A DNA stretch of 64,000 nucleotides, taken from NCBI GenBank assembly GCA_963848295.1, contig CAWKDB010000010.1:4640001-4704000 (forward strand). Reading direction: 5' to 3'. Below, in pieces: positions 54,078-62,868 of this stretch; the stretch's first letter is position 1; every line of letters begins with the position of its first letter. Made by a program: the position numbers and the translations under genes. This stretch comes from an uncultured delta proteobacterium (lineage in GTDB: Bacteria; Myxococcota_A; Polyangia; Haliangiales; Haliangiaceae). The notes under the pieces were generated by a model. The model was not told the DNA's origin, searched no databases, and worked only from the letters and a program-made list of their open reading frames with translations.

Positions 54078-54843
54078 GGTGCGCGAGGTGGTTATCGAGC
54101 GCGTCGACGGTACGAGCCGGCATCGCGATCGAGATCGAGTGATCGTCGAGGCGCCTCTGCAACTGCGCGCACGGGGGGTGCCGGTCGCTACGATCATGCG
54201 CACGCCGGGCGCGGACCTCGAGCTCGTGCGCGGGTTGTTGCACGCCGAGTCGGTGGCGGCCGGATCGATCGCGCAGGCCGACGAGGACGCGGTCGAGATC
54301 GATGTCGCCGCGAGCGCGTTCGCCGGCCGAGGGTTGCTCGCTTCTGCGGCGTGCGGCGTGTGTGGGCGGGTGGCGATCGCGGATCTCGAGCGTCGTGCAC
54401 GCGAGATCACCGTAGACACCGCGGTGCCACGTACGGTGCTCGCCGCGTTGCCCGACCGGCTGCGCTCGGCACAACAGCTATTCGCGGACACTGGTGGGCT
54501 GCACGCCGCGGCGCTGTTCACGGTCAAGGGCGACCTCGTCGTCGTCCGCGAGGACGTAGGCCGCCACAACGCGGTCGACAAGGTCGTGGGTTGGGCGCTC
54601 GCCGCCCGCGTAACGCCCGGCGACCACATGTTGTTCCTCAGCGGACGGGCCGGTTACGAATTAGTCCAAAAAGCCGTGATGTTCGGCGTGCCGATCGTGG
54701 CGTCGGTGTCGGCGCCGAGCTCGCTCGCGATCGAGCTGGCGGAGCGGTTCGGTGTCGCGTTGGCCGGGTTCGTGCGTGGCGATCGGTGCAACCTCTACAG
54801 CCACGCGTGGCGGCTACTTGACCCGACGGGCGCACCTGCATAG
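54049..54843 (+). CDS. fdhD: Formate dehydrogenase accessory sulfurtransferase FdhD
   Basis: MRTPG, CGVCG, TGGLHAA, REDVGRHNAVDK, SGRAGYELVQKA, SAPSSLA; start uncertain. Confidence 0.9.
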   Translation: MRLTKIPPSPVREVVIERVDGTSRHRDRDRVIVEAPLQLRARGVPVATIMRTPGADLELVRGLLHAESVAAGSIAQADEDAVEIDVAASAFAGRGLLASAACGVCGRVAIADLERRAREITVDTAVPRTVLAALPDRLRSAQQLFADTGGLHAAALFTVKGDLVVVREDVGRHNAVDKVVGWALAARVTPGDHMLFLSGRAGYELVQKAVMFGVPIVASVSAPSSLAIELAERFGVALAGFVRGDRCNLYSHAWRLLDPTGAPA

Positions 54844-54853
54844 GTTCCCGTCG

Positions 54854-57100
54854 ATGATCGTTCGTTCCACCGTCGTGCTCGTCACGTTCGCAAGCCTCGT
54901 CTCCTGCGGCAAGAGCGGCAAGGACTCCGCCGGCAAGGTGGTCGAGCCGACCGCGCCGGCTCCCCCCGCGATCCCGTCGAACAAAGCGGTCACGGCATCG
55001 CCGACTCCCGGGCCGGCCGAGGCCGCTGCGGCACCGCCCGCCGCGAAGCGCGACGGCCGCGAGGTCTACTCGTTGATCGATAACCGGCTCGCCGCGCACA
55101 TCAGCCGCGGCGGTGGCTTGCTCGTCGAGGCCGGTTCGGCCGGCTTCGAGAAGTACCAACGGCTCGGCAACATCATGAAGGGGTGGAAGCGGCGATGGGA
55201 GCTGCGCCAGACCGAAGGTGAGGTCAAGGTCGCGCGCATCGTCGGCAAGACCGCCTCGATCCACGTGCCGCTGACCGAAGCGCAAGCGAAGCAGGGCAGC
55301 GTCCGGATCCGCGCGTTCGCGAACGCCGACGAGACGTTGAGCCTCAAGGTCAACGACAACCGAGACATCAACGGCAAGCTGTCGAAAGGCTGGTCGACGC
55401 TCGACCTCGCGGTGCCGGCCGGTCAGCTCGGCGAAGGCGAGAACACGCTCGCGCTGTTCGCGAAGTCGTCCGGCTTGGAGATCGCGTGGCTGCAAGTCGG
55501 CGGCGAGACCGCGCCGCCCGATGACGGCGCGGAGAAGTTCTACGATGCGAGCTCCAAGAGCCTCGTGATCCCGAAGGATGGCGCGATGACCTGGTTCGTC
55601 GCGGTGCCCGACAAGGCCAAGCTCGTCGCCGACGTGCCGGATGCCGGGTGCACGATCGCGGTGACCACCGTCGGTGAAGCTGGCCACGCCGGCCCGACGG
55701 GCAAGCTATCCGGCGCTGGCGCGACGCTCGATCTCGCGGCGCTCGCGGGCCAGCCGGCTCGCATCGAGCTGACCGCGACCGGGTGCGCGGAAGCACACCT
55801 AGCGAGCGCCGGGCTCGAGATTCCGGGCCCAGCCCCGACGTTCACGCGCGGTCCGGCGCCAAAGCACGTCGTGTTCATCGTGATGGACGCGCTGCGCGCT
55901 GATCGCATCCGTGCGTTCAACCCCAAGGCGCGACCCGAGACGCCGAACTGGGACAAGCTCGCCGAGTCGTCGACGCTGTTCGTCAACACCTACGTGCAAG
56001 GCAACGAGTCCCAGGTCTCGCACGCGGCGATCTGGAGCTCGAACTACCTCGCGAAGCACAAGGCGATCGAGATGCACGATCATCTCGCCGACAAGTGGGT
56101 GACGATCGACGAGGTCGCGAAGAAAGCCGGGATGTTCGTCGCCGGCGCGTCGGGCAACGGTTACATCCGCCCGTCGCGCGGGTTTGGCTCGGGCTGGGAC
56201 GTGTTCGTCAACCACATCGAGAAGGGGCTCGGGCTGCGCGGCGCCGACATCATGGACAAGGGGCTGTCGTTCATCGCGCCGAAGAAGGACCAGCCGTGGT
56301 TCGTCTATCTCGGCTTCATCGACACGCACGTGACGTGGCGCGCGAAGCAGCCGTGGATGGCGAAGTACGACGGCGGCTACAAGGGCCGGTTCCAGACCGA
56401 ATACGGCGACGACGGCCCGAACGGCAGCGATGGCAAGGGGCTGTCCGAGGCCGAGCACGATCACGTGCGCGCGCTGTACGACTCGAACGTGAGCTACCAA
56501 GACGATCTGCTCGGTCAGCTGGTCGAGAAGCTGAAGGCGTGGGGCGTGTGGGATCAGACGATGCTGATCGTCGTCGCGGACCACGGCGACGAACAATGGG
56601 AAGACGGTCGGGTCGGTCACGGTGGCAGCGAGCGCGAGACGCTGCTCCACGTGCCGCTGCTCATCCACTACCCGCCGCAGTTTCCGGCGGGCAAGGTGCT
56701 CGAAGGTACCGAGGCGATCGACATCGTGCCGACGCTCGCCGACGCGCTCGGCGTCGCGAACGATCCCGAGTGGCAGGGCGCTACGCTGATGCCGGTCGCG
56801 AACGGCGCCGGCGGCTATCCACTGATGTCATTCTCGTCGCAGTACGAGAACGCACACGCCGGTCGGATCGGCCACTGGAAGCTGAAGCTCGTCGGCACTG
56901 GCGCGCCGAAGCTGTACGACCTCGCGACCGACGGCGACGAGCACAAGGACCTGTGGGCCGACAAGGCGGCCGAGGTCGGAGCGCGAACGCTCCTCGATCC
57001 GATGCTCGAGCTACGGCAATGGAACGTCGAGTGGAAAAAGTCGCAGTGGGGCAACGCCGCTGACGTCTCGAACCGCTTCGCGTCCGACCTCGGTGAGTGA
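54854..57100 (+). CDS. Sulfatase/alkaline-phosphatase superfamily lipoprotein with N-terminal beta domains
   Basis: LVSC lipobox, FIVMDALRAD, DTHVTW, LYDSNV, ADHGDE, VPLLI, DIVPTL, LYDL. Confidence 0.85.
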   Translation: MIVRSTVVLVTFASLVSCGKSGKDSAGKVVEPTAPAPPAIPSNKAVTASPTPGPAEAAAAPPAAKRDGREVYSLIDNRLAAHISRGGGLLVEAGSAGFEKYQRLGNIMKGWKRRWELRQTEGEVKVARIVGKTASIHVPLTEAQAKQGSVRIRAFANADETLSLKVNDNRDINGKLSKGWSTLDLAVPAGQLGEGENTLALFAKSSGLEIAWLQVGGETAPPDDGAEKFYDASSKSLVIPKDGAMTWFVAVPDKAKLVADVPDAGCTIAVTTVGEAGHAGPTGKLSGAGATLDLAALAGQPARIELTATGCAEAHLASAGLEIPGPAPTFTRGPAPKHVVFIVMDALRADRIRAFNPKARPETPNWDKLAESSTLFVNTYVQGNESQVSHAAIWSSNYLAKHKAIEMHDHLADKWVTIDEVAKKAGMFVAGASGNGYIRPSRGFGSGWDVFVNHIEKGLGLRGADIMDKGLSFIAPKKDQPWFVYLGFIDTHVTWRAKQPWMAKYDGGYKGRFQTEYGDDGPNGSDGKGLSEAEHDHVRALYDSNVSYQDDLLGQLVEKLKAWGVWDQTMLIVVADHGDEQWEDGRVGHGGSERETLLHVPLLIHYPPQFPAGKVLEGTEAIDIVPTLADALGVANDPEWQGATLMPVANGAGGYPLMSFSSQYENAHAGRIGHWKLKLVGTGAPKLYDLATDGDEHKDLWADKAAEVGARTLLDPMLELRQWNVEWKKSQWGNAADVSNRFASDLGE

Positions 57101-57389
57101 TCCGGCGCGCCCGACCGCGGGGGCTCGGTTCGCACTCGAGCGCGAACGTGATGACGGCGCGAGCGCGACCTATGCCGCGATGATCGCGACGCCGGATGCG
57201 GTGTACCGCAGCACCGCGCTGCTGCGCGACGACGGCACGGTCGAGCTGGCGCCGACCGGCGCGCCGGGCGAGCTCGACCACCAGCTGGCAGTGCTCGCAA
57301 AGCTGACCGCGCGCTCCGCCGCGAAAAAACGTGAGGACGGCCTCCCGGCGTGGCCCGCGCGCATCCAACGTTGGCGGGGCCCGCGCTGA
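57093..57389 (+). CDS. Hypothetical protein
   Basis: Overlaps the sulfatase stop (GTGA-type coupling); C-terminal WP-x-RI-x-RWR. Confidence 0.55.
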   Translation: MSDPARPTAGARFALERERDDGASATYAAMIATPDAVYRSTALLRDDGTVELAPTGAPGELDHQLAVLAKLTARSAAKKREDGLPAWPARIQRWRGPR

Positions 57390-57407
57390 AGCGGGTATGG
57401 TGACGGC

Positions 57408-58007
57408 GTGGATGAACCGGCGGCGTGGCGCCAGATCGCGAAGCAGCGGGCGAAGATCGCGAACGAGCTCGTGCGGCGCGAAGCCGATCGCGGGTCGACG
57501 CTCGCGCACGACCTGCGCGGGTTCGTCCAGATCGTGAAGCTCGGCACGGCCGAGCTCGCGCGCCGAGCGATGGCGCCGGTCGACGATGGCTTCGATCTGA
57601 TCGGCGAGCTGGCTCGGGCCGCCGACCGGGTCAAGACCGCGGCGATCGAGGTGCTCGGCGAGCCGGCGGTGGTCGCGGATGCGATCGCGCCGGCGATCGA
57701 GCTGATCCGGGTCGTCGCTCCGCAGCTCGAGCTCGATGTCGATCGCGCACCCGCGCTCGAGACGACTTGCAACGCGCGCGAGCTTGCCGAGCTCGTGCTC
57801 GCCGTCGTGCTCGATCCTCCGGCGCGCGCCACCTCGCTCGCGGCGGACGCCAGGGCCGGCGCGTTCGAGCTCCGTGTCGCCTACGACGCCGCGGTCGGCG
57901 AAGATGACTTGTCGATCGCGACCGTGATCGCGCGCCGCGCCGACGGTTCGGTCGTGATCTCCGGCGCGAGCGCCGTGATCCGTATGCCGCTGCGCGCGGC
58001 TTCCTAG
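57408..58007 (+). CDS. Degenerate histidine-kinase-like protein (H-box, eroded ATPase domain)
   Basis: STLAHDLRG H-box; C-terminal half keeps the HATPase topology but has no N, G1 or G2 boxes. Confidence 0.55.
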   Translation: MDEPAAWRQIAKQRAKIANELVRREADRGSTLAHDLRGFVQIVKLGTAELARRAMAPVDDGFDLIGELARAADRVKTAAIEVLGEPAVVADAIAPAIELIRVVAPQLELDVDRAPALETTCNARELAELVLAVVLDPPARATSLAADARAGAFELRVAYDAAVGEDDLSIATVIARRADGSVVISGASAVIRMPLRAAS

Positions 58008-58807
58008 TCCTCGTCGTCGTCGTAGTACTCGACCGGCTCGTAGCGCTGCTCGCGGCTCGCCGGACAGACCGCGCGGTAGCTGCAACGATCGCAGTACGTG
58101 CCCGGATTCGGTCGCGGGCCGTCGTCGACCGCGAGGGCCGCCGCTTCGATATTGTCGAGCAGGTCGGGTACCGCCTTGTCGCGGATGACCTCGGGGGCGA
58201 TCGGCGCGCTCCATTCGACCGAGCGCTCGGCGACCCAGTGCACACCAAGCCAGATCTTGCGGACGTGGCGAAACGCGGCAGCCGCGAGCACGGCGTAGCC
58301 TTCGAGCTGGTCGCCGACCGAGCTGCCGGGGATGCGCTGTCCGGTCTTGTGATCGACCAGCGCGAGCGAGTCGTCCTCGAACAGATAGCCGAGGTCGAGG
58401 ATGCCGCGGTAGTACGCGTCGCCGGCGTAGAACTGCGTGGTCGAGAGATCCTCGCGCACCGCGAGCGAATACTCGACGAGCTGGCGCGACACCCGGCGCC
58501 GGCGGCGAAACTGCGCGAGCCGCGCCGAGAACGGCTCGATCGTCAGCGCGAGATGGTCGTAGCGCAGTTGCTCGGTCTCGTTGGGCAGCGCCGCGCGGAC
58601 CTTCGCGTTCGCCTCCGCGACGGTCGAGCCTTGCAGCGTCAGCTCGATCGCCTCGTGAATCGCCTTGCCGATCCGGGTCTCCGGCATGACCTCCGGCTCC
58701 TTGATCTTCTCGACGTAGCGAAAATGGAACAGCCGCGGGCAACGCAGCGCGGTCGCGACCTTGGAGGCCGACCACGGAGCGTGGATAAGCGCGCGCGTCG
58801 ACGGCAC
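58004..58807 (-). CDS. PD-(D/E)xK RecB/Cas4-like nuclease
   Basis: SASK..CPR, GKAIHEAIE, E, GILDL, VDHKTG, QLEGY, CDRCSYRAVC (1+3 Cys Fe-S pattern). Confidence 0.88.
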   Translation of the reverse strand: MPSTRALIHAPWSASKVATALRCPRLFHFRYVEKIKEPEVMPETRIGKAIHEAIELTLQGSTVAEANAKVRAALPNETEQLRYDHLALTIEPFSARLAQFRRRRRVSRQLVEYSLAVREDLSTTQFYAGDAYYRGILDLGYLFEDDSLALVDHKTGQRIPGSSVGDQLEGYAVLAAAAFRHVRKIWLGVHWVAERSVEWSAPIAPEVIRDKAVPDLLDNIEAAALAVDDGPRPNPGTYCDRCSYRAVCPASREQRYEPVEYYDDDED

Positions 58808-58945
58808 AGCGTGGCCACTGTACCTCCGGGGCCGCCGCGGGCGTAGCGATCACGCGCGACGCTTCAGTAAGCGGCGGATGGCACGACCAGGCCGAAAACT
58901 TGCCGCCTCGGGCCCCGGGCCGTACCACGGATAGGCGGAGGCATC

Positions 58946-59425
58946 GTGTCGAGCTGCGAAGTCTGCAACGCCAAAGTCTCGGAGCTACGCCGTGGACGCT
59001 GCTGGGGCTGCTACGCCCGTTGGGTCGACGCTCGGCCGGTGGGGGCCGGCGCGCGCTGCGTGACGTGCACCGAGAAGCGCCGGCGCGTGTTGAAGCAGGT
59101 CGAGCTGTTCGGGGGCTGGCAGCCGATGTGCTTCAACTGCGCCGGCCAGCTGCTCGTGCTCGATCCGATGCCGACGACGCTCGTCGAGCTGCGCGACATG
59201 GTGTCGCGCGAACGCCGCAAGCTCGATCGCCGCTACGGCAAGGCCGATACCCGCGTGTTTCGGTACGAGCGTCGCGTCGGTCAGCGCCGCGAGGACGGCC
59301 GCCAGGACTTCGGCGTGATCGACGACGGCATGATCATCGAGGTCAGCTTCGAGCCGTCCGACGAAGTGTTCGAGGAGCTCACGCACATTCGCGAGCTCGT
59401 GCTCGGTAGCGTCACCGAGGGCTAA
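58946..59425 (+). CDS. Cys-rich putative zinc-binding protein
   Basis: Four CxxC pairs (CEVC, CWGC, CVTC, CFNC), ERR..DRR..ERR..QRR repeats, GGAGG RBS. Confidence 0.7.
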   Translation: MSSCEVCNAKVSELRRGRCWGCYARWVDARPVGAGARCVTCTEKRRRVLKQVELFGGWQPMCFNCAGQLLVLDPMPTTLVELRDMVSRERRKLDRRYGKADTRVFRYERRVGQRREDGRQDFGVIDDGMIIEVSFEPSDEVFEELTHIRELVLGSVTEG

Positions 59426-60444
59426 TCGGTGCACACCGAGGTCGCGACGAGACCCGCCGGGGTCGTCGCGAACGTCTGGGCGACGCCGTTCGTCACCGCG
59501 AGCTCGTGCCCGGTGGGCTCGTCACCGGGGATCGTCGTCGCCTTCATCGAGCCGTCGTCGCCGAGCACGCCGACGACGATCTGGCCGTTCGGGTCGAGGT
59601 AGCTGAGCCACACGCGATCGCCGTCCGCGACGAGCCGCGGCGAATGGCCGCCCGCGATCGTCGTCGCGTCGGCCATGTCGATGGTCGCCGGCGTACCGCG
59701 GGTCGTCACGATATCGTAGCCGCGCTCGAACGCGAGGACGACCTCGGTCGAGGTCGCGGCGAAGCGTGGGGCGCGGCACGCGAGCGTGGCGGATCGGGTC
59801 GCGCCGGTCGCCTCGTCGCTCGCGCTCTCGAAGTAGCACGTGTCGTCGGCGGTCGGCCACGCGACGACCGCTTCGCCGTCGAGTGCGGTCGCGGCGAGCT
59901 CGTGCGACTCTGCGGTCAGCACGGAGAGCTCGCTCGTGTGCGGCTGCCAGCTGGCGTCGAAGCTGGTCAGCAACAGCCCGCCATAGGACACGCTCGGGGC
60001 GAGCCGATCGCCGCCGGCGACGACGATCGGCGACGTTCCACTCGAGCCGTTGAGGATCGTCAGATCGCGGTACGGCGCGACGCCGAGCGGTGCACCCAGC
60101 AGGTAGGTGCCGTCGCCCGACACCGCGCCGACGACCATCGTGTCGTCGATCAGCGCGGCCGACAGCGACGTCGCCGGCCACTTCCACACGACCTCGGGGT
60201 CCCCGATCGGGGCGGCGCTCTGATCGAGGCGCTGTTGCATGACTTGGCCGCCGGGCGGCGCCCACAGCACGACCTCGCCGTCCGACACCGGCGCGATCGC
60301 GATCGCGGCACTCGGCGTCACCGCCGCGATCGTCGAGCTGGCGCAGACGTACGGTTGCACCTCTGCGCTCGGCGTCACCGACGCGCGATCCGTGCAACCT
60401 GCGAGCACCGACACACTCAACACCACGATGCGCAGTTCGCCCAT
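59422..60444 (-). CDS. Hypothetical lipoprotein (beta-propeller-like)
   Basis: LAGC lipobox, beta-rich repeats. Confidence 0.7.
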   Translation of the reverse strand: MGELRIVVLSVSVLAGCTDRASVTPSAEVQPYVCASSTIAAVTPSAAIAIAPVSDGEVVLWAPPGGQVMQQRLDQSAAPIGDPEVVWKWPATSLSAALIDDTMVVGAVSGDGTYLLGAPLGVAPYRDLTILNGSSGTSPIVVAGGDRLAPSVSYGGLLLTSFDASWQPHTSELSVLTAESHELAATALDGEAVVAWPTADDTCYFESASDEATGATRSATLACRAPRFAATSTEVVLAFERGYDIVTTRGTPATIDMADATTIAGGHSPRLVADGDRVWLSYLDPNGQIVVGVLGDDGSMKATTIPGDEPTGHELAVTNGVAQTFATTPAGLVATSVCTD

Positions 60445-60557
60445 CTTCCCAGTGTCGCGTGGGACGTGCCGCGAGCTCCAGTAGACGGCTCGAAATTCTA
60501 ACTGTGCGGCAGTGCGTACATTGTCAGGTCACCGTCGACAACACCGCACCGCGTCGC

Positions 60558-61769
60558 TCAGTGCCTCGGCGCGGGTGCCGGCCTCGGTGGGGGCAACGAT
60601 CTCGTCGGCGGCGTCGCGATCATCGCCGGTGGCAACGGCCTTTGTTGGCGCTCGCTCAGCGCGAATACGGCGCCGGCGAGCGCGACCGGAACGACCAATC
60701 CAACCGGCAGCACCTCGCTGAGCGACTTCCCGGTCGCGCGGATCGTCAGCTTGAACCCTTTGGCGTCCTTGTCGGCCTTGACCCGGAACGTGCCATCGCC
60801 CGTGAACCCGGTCACGACCTTGAGCAAGTCGTCGCGGTGCCTCAGCACGGCCGCGATCCGCGGATCGCTCTTGAACGACTCGAGTGCGCCGAGCGCGATC
60901 TTCGCGATGCCACGCGGCGCGATCTGAGAGGCGCGCATGAGATCGATCACACCGTCGGACAGCATGACCATCGCGTCGAACCCGTCCTTCGACGAGTCGG
61001 TCCACGACCAGCCGACGCCGTCGTGGTACAGCGCGAACGACGCCGCCTTGCAGCGCGTGAACAGATCGGCCGCGGCAGCCGAGCCGTTCGCGATCAGCGG
61101 CGTGAGGTACGAGCGCGCGCTTGGCGTCATCGCGACCATGATGGCGAACACCGGCTTGCCGGCGATCACCTCGGCCGCACCCGCGAGCGCGCCGGACCTG
61201 TGCGCCGGGGCTCTCCAGCTATCCGCGAGCCGGTCCTTGACCAGCTGCGTGCTACCGACGAGCAGGACCTTGTCCTTGGTGACGCCGATCGCTTGCTCGC
61301 CCTTCGTGGTCATCTCGCCGCTGCCGACCTTCGTCGGCGGAGCCCCCGTCAACGTCGCGAGCTTGTCGATCGTCTCGGTCGAGAACCTGCCGTGGACCGC
61401 GATGACGAACATCGGATCGTGGTTCGGCACGATCTGGAAGAACGCCGTCGCGTCGGCGATATCGTCGACGACGTCGATTCCCGACATCGCGGTCGCCAGC
61501 TTGCGGCCCTGGTCGACCTGCGTGATCGCTTCGGTCACCATCCGCGACAGCTCCGGCGACGCCTTGATCGCCGGTAGCTCGGGGAGCTGGGTCAGCGCCT
61601 TGAAGTTGTGGGGGACGAAGCTGACCGCGTCGACGTGGACGACGACGTCGGCATCGGGCATCGCGTACTGCAGCGCAGCGTCGACGGTCGGCGCCTTCGG
61701 ATTGGGCTGGAGCCCGAATCCCGAGAGCCCCATGATCAGCGAAACAATGTCGGCAATACCGAGAGCCAT
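60558..61769 (-). CDS. Hypothetical membrane-associated protein
   Basis: Hydrophobic N-terminus, C-terminal TM followed by Pro-rich tail; start could be 61796. Confidence 0.65.
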   Translation of the reverse strand: MALGIADIVSLIMGLSGFGLQPNPKAPTVDAALQYAMPDADVVVHVDAVSFVPHNFKALTQLPELPAIKASPELSRMVTEAITQVDQGRKLATAMSGIDVVDDIADATAFFQIVPNHDPMFVIAVHGRFSTETIDKLATLTGAPPTKVGSGEMTTKGEQAIGVTKDKVLLVGSTQLVKDRLADSWRAPAHRSGALAGAAEVIAGKPVFAIMVAMTPSARSYLTPLIANGSAAAADLFTRCKAASFALYHDGVGWSWTDSSKDGFDAMVMLSDGVIDLMRASQIAPRGIAKIALGALESFKSDPRIAAVLRHRDDLLKVVTGFTGDGTFRVKADKDAKGFKLTIRATGKSLSEVLPVGLVVPVALAGAVFALSERQQRPLPPAMIATPPTRSLPPPRPAPAPRH

Positions 61770-61951
61770 AGCGTGTCGTCGTGCATCGAGTTGCAAGAAA
61801 AATCAACTGCCGAACACCATCTCGCGCGACCGTGTCTCGTTCAGAAAAAAAATTGATGTCAAGACTGGTTCCCGGCAACACCGGCGCTAGGATGACGACG
61901 TCTTCACGGTCCACGCCTTTTTCTGGCTCTCTCTTGGGAGGTACGACGGTC

Positions 61952-62317
61952 ATGAGCACGCTTGCTGTGGTGGAAGAGATCCTTCGAGAGACCGCCGTCC
62001 CCATGTCGGTGCGAGAGATCGTGGAACGGGCGGGTAGTCGGCTTCCCAGCAAGTCAAAGACCCCAGACACGGTCGTGGCTCGCGACCTGTCGATGGATCT
62101 CAAGAAGCGCGGTGAGAGCTCGTTGTTCGCTCGGACCTCGCCCGGCCGCTATACGTTGCGTGCGCTCGCCCAGAATGCCCCCACCGAGCTCGCAGCCTCG
62201 GCGCTGCGCGGTGGCGCGCAGCCCGTTCTTGGCGCGCGCAAGCCCGCCGTTGCCGCGCAGCCCAGCAGTACCGCTCGCCCCGGCCGCGAGGCCGATGGCG
62301 GCGGATACGCCGGCTAG
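61952..62317 (+). CDS. HARE-HTH (HB1/ASXL/RpoE-delta-like) winged-helix protein
   Basis: VEEILRETAVPMSVREIVE..SKTPDTVVARDLSMDLKKRGESSLFARTSPGRYTLR; GGAGG RBS. Confidence 0.8.
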   Translation: MSTLAVVEEILRETAVPMSVREIVERAGSRLPSKSKTPDTVVARDLSMDLKKRGESSLFARTSPGRYTLRALAQNAPTELAASALRGGAQPVLGARKPAVAAQPSSTARPGREADGGGYAG

Positions 62318-62340
62318 CGCGCCCCCGGGAGCGACGCTCG

Positions 62341-62832
62341 GTGATCCGTAGGGCCGAAGTCTCGGACTATCCCTGGGTCATCGCGACGGGCGCCGAGGCC
62401 TACAACGACCTCGGCGACTACACGCGAATCCTGCCGTCGTGGCTCGAGCAGCCCGGTGTGCTCGCGTGGATCGATCACGATGCGTCCGGCCGCGGTCGCG
62501 GCTTCGCGATGCTCGGCTTCTACATGGAGGACGCCAGCGGCAACCGTGGCGCAGGCGCACAGCAGGTCATCGCGGACTTGTTGGCACTCGCCGTGCTGCC
62601 GACGTTTCAGCGCCACGGCATCGGCTCCAAGCTGCTCGCCCACGTCATCGATGTCGCCGAGCGGGTTGCCCCGTCGAGCCACATCGGACAACTGCGCCTC
62701 ACCGTCGCCGAAGACAACGTCGGGGCGCAGCGGCTGTATGCACGGACCGGGTTCACGGTGGTCGATGGCTCGGCGACCTACGACCGCGGCCAGCGCGCGC
62801 TGCGGATGGCGCGTCCGCTCGGGCCGAGATAG
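62341..62832 (+). CDS. GNAT family N-acetyltransferase
   Basis: LAVLPTFQRHGIGSKLL, LTVAEDNVGAQRLYARTGF. Confidence 0.9.
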   Translation: MIRRAEVSDYPWVIATGAEAYNDLGDYTRILPSWLEQPGVLAWIDHDASGRGRGFAMLGFYMEDASGNRGAGAQQVIADLLALAVLPTFQRHGIGSKLLAHVIDVAERVAPSSHIGQLRLTVAEDNVGAQRLYARTGFTVVDGSATYDRGQRALRMARPLGPR

Positions 62833-62868
62833 CTCACTCTCTCTGGGCCGCCAGAAAATCAGGACTCG

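Noticed and set aside
52699..58807. HD protein plus Cas4-like nuclease plus direct repeat as a CRISPR-Cas locus
   Set aside because: The HD protein is SAMHD1/dNTPase-like rather than Cas3-HD, there are no cas1, cas2 or RAMP genes, and the repeat has only two copies.
60455..60472. Possible sigma54 promoter for the 60444 lipoprotein
   Set aside because: The GGCACG half is present but the -12 half (ACGC) is a poor match.
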